Shown here: positions 26,858 to 32,000 of the stretch, piece by piece | How the letters are laid out: each line of letters begins with the position of its first letter | Numbering within the stretch: the stretch's first letter is position 1 | NCBI GenBank assembly: GCA_965221785.1 | Contig: CBDCSR010000003.1 | Span: forward strand, 445,059-477,058 | Direction: 5' to 3' | Length of the DNA stretch: 32,000 nucleotides | DNA from: Longimicrobiales bacterium | GTDB taxonomy: Bacteria; Gemmatimonadota; Gemmatimonadetes; Longimicrobiales; Gaopeijiaceae | Position numbers and translations under genes: made by a program | Notes under the pieces: generated by a model | Databases searched by the model: none | What the model was told of the DNA's origin: nothing | Seen by the model: only the letters and a program-made list of their open reading frames with translations

Positions 26858-27499
26858 ATGAACGACGATTCCAGGTCGATGACGTGCACTTCGTCGGCGC
26901 TCGCCCTCGCTTCAGGGTTCCTCTTCGTGTGTGGGTTCGCCTTCTCCGCGCCGAGTGTCGTGCACGCCCAGGAGCCGGCGATGGGCTTCGAGCATCTGGC
27001 GGGCATCGATGTCGTCCTCGCTTTCGACGACCCCACCGCCAATCGCGTGCTGGAAGCGGCGTTTCAGGAGTCGCTCGGACGGCGGATGGGCATCAACCTG
27101 CTCGCCACGGCGCAGCCGGATGCGCTGTCGGTGGTGGCGGTGGCGACCTGCGTGCCGCGGGACTGCGCGAGCGCCGAGTTCTACTCCGTGGCGCTGCTGC
27201 TGTCGAATCACTACGACGCCACCTGGGCCATCGAGTTGCTCTCGCACGAGTCCCAGGAGCTCGCGGACCTCTATGCCCCGAGGGTAGCCGAGCTCATGGA
27301 GCCGCTCGGGATCTGGGCGGAGGCCTGGCGCCCCGGCGAATACCGGGCGCAGGTGGACGCCTTCGTGGATCAGCTGGAGGCCCGATGTTTCGGGCCGGCC
27401 CTGGCCCGGCGAGGGATCATCGCGGCTCTGGCGCTCGGGGACAGCGCGCGCGCCCAGCGGCTGGATCAGGTGGCCAGCGACGAGCGAGCGCTCTGCTAG
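26858..27499 (+). CDS. Hypothetical secreted protein (213 aa)
   Basis: MNDDSRSMTCTSSALALASGFLFVCGFAFSAPSVVHAQ is signal-like. The rest has a balanced composition. No family recognised. Confidence 0.55.
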   Translation: MNDDSRSMTCTSSALALASGFLFVCGFAFSAPSVVHAQEPAMGFEHLAGIDVVLAFDDPTANRVLEAAFQESLGRRMGINLLATAQPDALSVVAVATCVPRDCASAEFYSVALLLSNHYDATWAIELLSHESQELADLYAPRVAELMEPLGIWAEAWRPGEYRAQVDAFVDQLEARCFGPALARRGIIAALALGDSARAQRLDQVASDERALC

Positions 27500-27508
27500 G
27501 GGCCCCGC

Positions 27509-28693
27509 CTACGCGCCCGCCGCTCTCCAGGCATCCAGAACCTCGCGCTCCCGAGCCCGGCTTATCCCGGCGCGCCGGTTGTTGCGCTCCTCCTCGGGCC
27601 GGGTCCCGTCCCAGTCCACGGTGTCGCGGCTGGTCACGGCCAGCGGGCGGAAGCTAAGGCCGGCCGCGAGCGCGCGGTCGATGTCCACGTACATCAGGTC
27701 GGCTCCGGGAGCCCACGCCGGCAGGTCGCCGAAGGGCCTCACCCCCTGCCCCTCCAGGAAGTCCTCGGGGACCCAGGTGAACTCGACCGGGGTCGAGGTG
27801 GCCGCGCGAATGCCGTAGAGCATCTCGGCCATCGACATGCGGGCGGCCGGGCCGGTCGCGTTGAAATCGCCGGCGACGCCGTCCTCGGCCAGGCGCACGA
27901 TCCATTCGGTGATGTCGCGCTGGTCAATGATCTGGTTGGCGTGCTCCGGGTTGCCGGGGGCCAGCACCTCGCCGCCCTCGAAGATGCGCAGCGGCCAGTA
28001 GGTGAAGCGGTCCGTCCGGTCGCCCGGTCCCACGATCAGGCCCGGACGCACGATGGTCGCGCGCCCCGGGAAGGCGGCGTGGGCGATGTCCTCGCTCAAC
28101 GCCTTCATGAGCCCGTAGTGGGCTTCGTCCCCGTCCTGCCAGCCGTCGGGAGGCGAGAAGCGCTCCGAGTCCTCGTCGATGAGATGCTCGTAGAGGACGC
28201 GGTCCTTGTGCTCGTACGCGAGCCCGGGGCTGATATAGGCCGAAATCGAGGAGACGAAGATGTACTGTTCGGCGGCGTCCCGCAGCAGCTCCGTGCTGAG
28301 CTGCGCCCAGCGATAGTTCTGCGTGTTGTTGTCGAGGACGACGTCCCAGCTGCGGCCCTCAAGGGCGCCCAGGTCGCCGTCGCGGTCGCCGATGAGGTGT
28401 TCCACGTCCGGAAGGTCGGCCTGCGTGCGGCCGCGCGTGAAGATGGTCACCTCGTGTCCGCGCTCCACCGCGTAGCGAACCATGTGCGGGCCGATGAAGC
28501 CGGTGCCGCCCAGCATGAGCAGCCGCTTGGGGGTGGGCGTCAGCTGGGGGCCTGGGCCGGAGTCGTTGTCGACTCGACGCCTGCGGGTGCCGTTGGGGGA
28601 GGCGAGGCCGATGCGGGGAGCGCCGAGACCGAGTCCCAGTCCGGCTGCGGTGATTCCGGTCGTGCGCAGAAAGTCTCGGCGCGTCGGTTTCAT
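27509..28693 (-). CDS. Tat-signal NAD(P)-binding epimerase/dehydratase (extended SDR) family protein
   Basis: MKPTRRDFLRTTGITAAGLGLGLG is a twin-arginine signal. LLMLGGTGFIGPHMV is the Rossmann GxxGxxG. ATG at 28693 with GGGAGAA upstream. Confidence 0.8.
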   Translation of the reverse strand: MKPTRRDFLRTTGITAAGLGLGLGAPRIGLASPNGTRRRRVDNDSGPGPQLTPTPKRLLMLGGTGFIGPHMVRYAVERGHEVTIFTRGRTQADLPDVEHLIGDRDGDLGALEGRSWDVVLDNNTQNYRWAQLSTELLRDAAEQYIFVSSISAYISPGLAYEHKDRVLYEHLIDEDSERFSPPDGWQDGDEAHYGLMKALSEDIAHAAFPGRATIVRPGLIVGPGDRTDRFTYWPLRIFEGGEVLAPGNPEHANQIIDQRDITEWIVRLAEDGVAGDFNATGPAARMSMAEMLYGIRAATSTPVEFTWVPEDFLEGQGVRPFGDLPAWAPGADLMYVDIDRALAAGLSFRPLAVTSRDTVDWDGTRPEEERNNRRAGISRAREREVLDAWRAAGA

Positions 28694-28709
28694 GATCGAT
28701 TCTCCCTGG

Positions 28710-29165
28710 TTACTGACGCGCCAGCGAGCCCGAGAGGATGACGCGTCCGCAGAAATCGGTGTCGGCATGCTCGGAGACCTCCGCGCTTCTGCCGAAAAAC
28801 CTCACTGTGGAGCTGAGCGTTCTGGTGGGGCCGCAGAACTCCTCGTTGACCGAGGCGGAGAAGCCGCCACCCGTCAACTCGAGGAATCCGGTGGCGTCCA
28901 GTGTTCCTGTGACGGAGGGAATCTCGGCCGTGCCGCCGGAAGCCTGGATCTCGCCGGTAATCGTCACGCTTGCCCCGGCCTGTTCGACGAAGACCTGCAT
29001 CGACCCCTGTATCCCCTGCTGGTTCAGCAGGAACTGGACGATGAACGATCCGTGGTAGGTGCCCGCGACATCGGGAATCGGTCCGGTCGGCTCATCGTCG
29101 CCGCATGCGGCGACGGACAGCATGAGTACAGCTGCCGCAAGGCATCGTCGCCATGGCTGCGTCAT
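28710..29165 (-). CDS. Small lipoprotein (151 aa), no family recognised
   Basis: Only the C-terminal part of the 445-aa track ORF. MTQPWRRCLAAAVLMLSVAAC is a lipobox. AGGAGG lies 13 nt upstream. The gene ends 16 nt before the SDR gene start. Confidence 0.65.
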   Translation of the reverse strand: MTQPWRRCLAAAVLMLSVAACGDDEPTGPIPDVAGTYHGSFIVQFLLNQQGIQGSMQVFVEQAGASVTITGEIQASGGTAEIPSVTGTLDATGFLELTGGGFSASVNEEFCGPTRTLSSTVRFFGRSAEVSEHADTDFCGRVILSGSLARQ

Positions 29166-29237
29166 GATCGTGTCCGACCTCCTCTCGCGTCCACCGTTTA
29201 AACGCCAGTTGCCTGCTCGGAACAGCCTAGCCGCAGG

Positions 29238-29804
29238 ATGGGCGGGCTGCAACGGGTTCGAGCGGGGCTGGACGTTCCACCCGCGGCTCGCCATGGTGCC
29301 GGGGTGCAGCGCCGGGTGTTGGCTGGCATCTTGAAGGGGTGGAACGTGGAGAAAGGCCGGGATGGTGCACTCGCGTGGCGGTTGCGCGGCCATCTGTATC
29401 GGCGTATCGGCGAAGCGGGGTTTGTCCCCAGCCGTGCCGAACTCGGCGAGGGACTGGGCGCGGGAGCTGGCGAAGTGGACCGGGCGCTGGCGCTGCTCGC
29501 AGAGGCTCACGTCCTGGTTCTGGATGAGACCGGCGAAATCCGGATGGCCCATCCCTTTTCCGCCGTGGAGACGCCCTTCCGCGTGCGTACCCCAGGGACC
29601 GACTACTGGGCCAACTGCGCCTGGGACGCGCTCGCGATCCCGTTGCTCCTCGATGTCGACGGACGGACGCGAGCCGCGTGTCCCCGGTCGGGTGCCGCGA
29701 TCGACCTGACGGTGACCAACGGGCGAGTCGAACCCGCCGATGGCGCCGTGGTCCGCTTCCCCGTGCCGGCCCGGCGCTTCTGGGACGACATCGGCTTCAC
29801 CTGA
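29238..29804 (+). CDS. MerB (alkylmercury/organomercurial lyase)-like protein, conventional ORF terminated by an in-frame TGA at the second catalytic-Cys position
   Basis: YWANCAWDALAIPLLL..GRTRAACPRSGAAIDLTV parallels MerB [36 protein letters not shown] (recalled from memory), including the C-x-x-D catalytic pair. The likely real start is GTG 29346 (AAGGGG upstream), which gives a MerB-like length if readthrough is assumed. Confidence 0.7.
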   Translation: MGGLQRVRAGLDVPPAARHGAGVQRRVLAGILKGWNVEKGRDGALAWRLRGHLYRRIGEAGFVPSRAELGEGLGAGAGEVDRALALLAEAHVLVLDETGEIRMAHPFSAVETPFRVRTPGTDYWANCAWDALAIPLLLDVDGRTRAACPRSGAAIDLTVTNGRVEPADGAVVRFPVPARRFWDDIGFT

Positions 29805-30032
29805 CGCAACCTCCTGGCCTTCCGGTCGGAGGCGGATGCGGCCCGGTGGGCGGCTGCACGGGGCGTCGACCTCGGCGCGACGGTGCCCGTCGAGACGCTG
29901 GGAGAGTTGAGCCGCGGGTGGTATGCCGGCAGGCTCAGCGACCGTTGGCGTCCGTCTTCGGCGGAGTCGAAGCAGGCCCTCCTGCGAGAGGCGGGTCTCG
30001 AAGGCCCCTTCTGGCAGGTTCATCCGTCGTGA
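29805..30032 (+). other. In-frame continuation of the MerB-like gene beyond TGA 29802-29804 (76 codons incl. stop)
   Basis: Translates as RNLLAFRSEADAARWAAARGVDLGATVPVETLGELSRGWY..., paralleling the MerB C-terminus ([39 protein letters not shown]). Ends with a TGA that overlaps the GTG of the next gene (GTGA). Confidence 0.5.
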
Positions 30033-31081
30033 GAATCGCGACGGCACTCGGCAGCCTGGCGCCGATGCTGGCCCTGGCAGCGTGCGCCGAGTCCGGCCCG
30101 ACCACCTCGCTGGAAGGTCCGCTGGAAGGCTGCCCCGACCCCGGCGTGGGCACCACCATCGGAGGGCGTCGTGGAGCCGGGAGTGACGCCACCCCGTCTC
30201 CCGTCCGCCGGCTGGTGCTCATGGGAGGAGGCCCGGAGGAGGACGGCGCCGCCCGCCGTTTCGCCGGAGCGGCCGCCGGAGGCGATATCGTGGTGTTGCG
30301 CGCGACCGGGTCGCTGACCAGCTACCCGGATTACTTCTCGGTGGAACTGGCCCCAAGTCCGGCGCCGGCCTCGGTGGTCACGATTCGCACCGACACGCCT
30401 CCGCTGGCCGACCACCCGAGTGTCCTCTGCCGCCTCGGGAGAGCGGAAGCGGTATGGCTCGCGGGCGGAAGCCAGTGGAATTACCTGGGACGGTGGCCGA
30501 ATTCGGTCCACGTCGCGGTGGGGGAAGCAACGCGGCGCGGGGCGGCCCTGGGCGGGACCAGCGCCGGAGCGGTGTCGCTCGGCGAAGCCGCATTCGATGC
30601 CCGGCACGGCACCATAACGTCGAGCGAAGCTCTTTCGGATCCCGCCGATGCATCGGTCAGCGTGGGACCATCGAACCTGCCTCAGCCCGAACTCGCGAAC
30701 ACGATCGTGGACTCCCACTTCACGGAGCGGTCCCGTGAGGGGCGGCTGCTCACGTTCCTCGGCCGTCTGCTGGCTCAGCACCGCTCGGGTTCCTTCATCG
30801 GGATCGGGATCGACGAAGGGGTCGCGCTGGAAATCGAGGACGGAAGCTACCGCGTGTCTTCGTCGCGGGGCGGCGCGGTGTGGATGTACGAGGCCACGGG
30901 TCCGGCCGTCGTTCAACCGGGCAGGCCGCTCTCGCTGGACGGCATTCGCCGCGTGCGGCTGGCCGACGGAGCGTCGGGCCGCTGGCCCTTCCTGTTCGAT
31001 GACGCACAGCGCGTCCGGGAGCTCGTGGTGGAGGAGGGGGTGGTGCGGGTCAGGAGCGCGAGCGCTGCGCGCGACCGATGA
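30029..31081 (+). CDS. Peptidase S51 / cyanophycinase-like lipoprotein
   Basis: GTG 30029, then RIATALGSLAPMLALAAC (lipobox). LVLMGGGPE, VWLAGGSQWNY and GGTSAGAVSLGE (Ser nucleophile motif GxSAGA). Only the C-terminal 350 codons of the 467-aa track ORF are used. Confidence 0.75.
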   Translation: MRIATALGSLAPMLALAACAESGPTTSLEGPLEGCPDPGVGTTIGGRRGAGSDATPSPVRRLVLMGGGPEEDGAARRFAGAAAGGDIVVLRATGSLTSYPDYFSVELAPSPAPASVVTIRTDTPPLADHPSVLCRLGRAEAVWLAGGSQWNYLGRWPNSVHVAVGEATRRGAALGGTSAGAVSLGEAAFDARHGTITSSEALSDPADASVSVGPSNLPQPELANTIVDSHFTERSREGRLLTFLGRLLAQHRSGSFIGIGIDEGVALEIEDGSYRVSSSRGGAVWMYEATGPAVVQPGRPLSLDGIRRVRLADGASGRWPFLFDDAQRVRELVVEEGVVRVRSASAARDR

Positions 31082-31111
31082 CGGGAACTCCGGCAGGGCG
31101 AGAGCCCCGGT

Positions 31112-32000
31112 CTACCTCCCCGCTTCCACCCGCGCGCAGGCCCGTCGCAGCCGCTCCACCCCCTCGGCGACCTCGTCCCGGGTGATCAGCATGGAGGGGC
31201 CGATGCGGATCACGTGGCCGCCCATGCCGCCGAGGCCGATGAGCACGCCTTCCTGGCGCGCGGCCTCCAGGAGCGCCTTGCCAAGCCCCGCGCCGGGCTC
31301 CTTGGTGACGGGGTCCTCCACCAGCTCCAGGGCGATCATCAGCCCCATTCCGCGCACGTCGCCGATCCACGGGTAGTCGCGCTGGAGTGCTTCCAGGCCT
31401 TCGCGCATCTGGCGTCCGCGCTCGGCGGACCGGGCGGGCGTGTTCTCTTCGACCATCACGTCCATCGTCGCGCGCGCGGCCACCATGGACACCGGGCTGC
31501 CCCCGTAGGTGGAGAACGTGAGCCCCGTCCAGGCGGCGGCGATCTCCGTGCGGGCCAGGGTGCCACCGACCGGGAAGCCGTTCGCCACCCCCTTGGCGAC
31601 CACCATGATGTCGGGCTCGACCTCCCAGTGCTCGATGCCGAACCAGCGGTCGCCGGTGCGTCCCAACCCGGCCTGCACTTCATCGCAGATGAACACGCCC
31701 CCGTAGGCGCGGATCACCTCGGCCGCGCGCGTGTGGTATCCCGGCGGCGGAACGATGTAGCCACCCACCCCCTGGATCGTCTCGGCAAGTAGTGCGGCGG
31801 GGCGCCCCGTGGTCGTGGTCTCGATCACCTCGACCAGCTCGTCGATGTAGCGGTCGACGTTGTCGCCGTCGGCGTGCCGGTACGGATACGGCGCGATGGC
31901 GTGCCGGATCGGTGCCATCGCCGGGAGCGGCTTCCACTGGGCCTGCCCTGTCAGGCCCGTAGCCAGCGTGCTGCGCCCGGAGTAGCCGAGCCGCAGGCCG
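31112..32000 (-). CDS. Class-III PLP-dependent aminotransferase, 5' end beyond the window (partial)
   Basis: FICDEVQAGLGRTGDRWFGIEHWEVEPDIMVVAKGVANGFP carries the Schiff-base Lys. The frame stays open upstream of the track Met at 31918 to the window edge (..GYSGRSTLATGLTGQAQWKP), as expected for the family. Confidence 0.85.
   Translation of the reverse strand, partial: GLRLGYSGRSTLATGLTGQAQWKPLPAMAPIRHAIAPYPYRHADGDNVDRYIDELVEVIETTTTGRPAALLAETIQGVGGYIVPPPGYHTRAAEVIRAYGGVFICDEVQAGLGRTGDRWFGIEHWEVEPDIMVVAKGVANGFPVGGTLARTEIAAAWTGLTFSTYGGSPVSMVAARATMDVMVEENTPARSAERGRQMREGLEALQRDYPWIGDVRGMGLMIALELVEDPVTKEPGAGLGKALLEAARQEGVLIGLGGMGGHVIRIGPSMLITRDEVAEGVERLRRACARVEAGR

Noticed and set aside
29802-29804. 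Contig-wide TGA reassignment (code 4/25-like) as the explanation for the in-frame TGA
   Set aside because: Several well-supported genes in the window terminate at TGA at the expected protein ends (for example 971-973, 7309-7311, 11853-11855 and 10672-10674). TGA is therefore a normal stop here, and only local recoding or a nonsense mutation remains.
29166-30047. N-terminal two-thirds of the 445-aa minus ORF 28710..30047, and the N-terminal 117 codons of the plus ORF 29678..31081
   Set aside because: These parts are low-complexity and overlap the MerB-like gene. The credible genes start at the lipobox-bearing Met (29165) and at GTG 30029 respectively.

Overview
High-GC (about 65-70% by eye) bacterial chromosomal segment carrying about 30 densely packed protein-coding genes. 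I found no rRNA, tRNA, CRISPR array, integrase or transposase. Gene content and many by-eye signal peptides, lipoboxes and Tat motifs suggest a Gram-negative, proteolytic, envelope-rich organism; Gemmatimonadota-like is only a guess. Many gene products look exported: M14 carboxypeptidase, S9 peptidase, amidase, penicillin-acylase-family Ntn hydrolase and S51 peptidase. Housekeeping-type oxidoreductases and transferases make up most of the rest. All family assignments rest on motif recognition from memory, not on searches.

Five loci stand out:
1. A MerB (organomercurial lyase)-like gene has an in-frame TGA at the position of the second catalytic Cys. The frame stays open and homologous-looking for 76 more codons and ends in a GTGA overlap with the next gene. 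It is either a candidate selenoprotein or a nonsense pseudogene.
2. A full-length homolog of eukaryotic sterol C-24 methyltransferase (Erg6/SMT), including the sterol-MT C-terminal motif.
3. A translationally coupled three-gene module: an Ig-like + LVIVD beta-propeller protein, a Met/His/Gly-rich YVTN beta-propeller, and a DUF2723/TMEM260-like GT-C glycosyltransferase.
4. A DprA/Smf-like gene whose recognisable N-terminus lies in a different reading frame (frameshift).
5. A low-GC class-II Fic gene preceded by two 18-bp direct repeats.

Most other long ORFs in the six-frame track are antisense or off-frame shadows typical of high-GC DNA.
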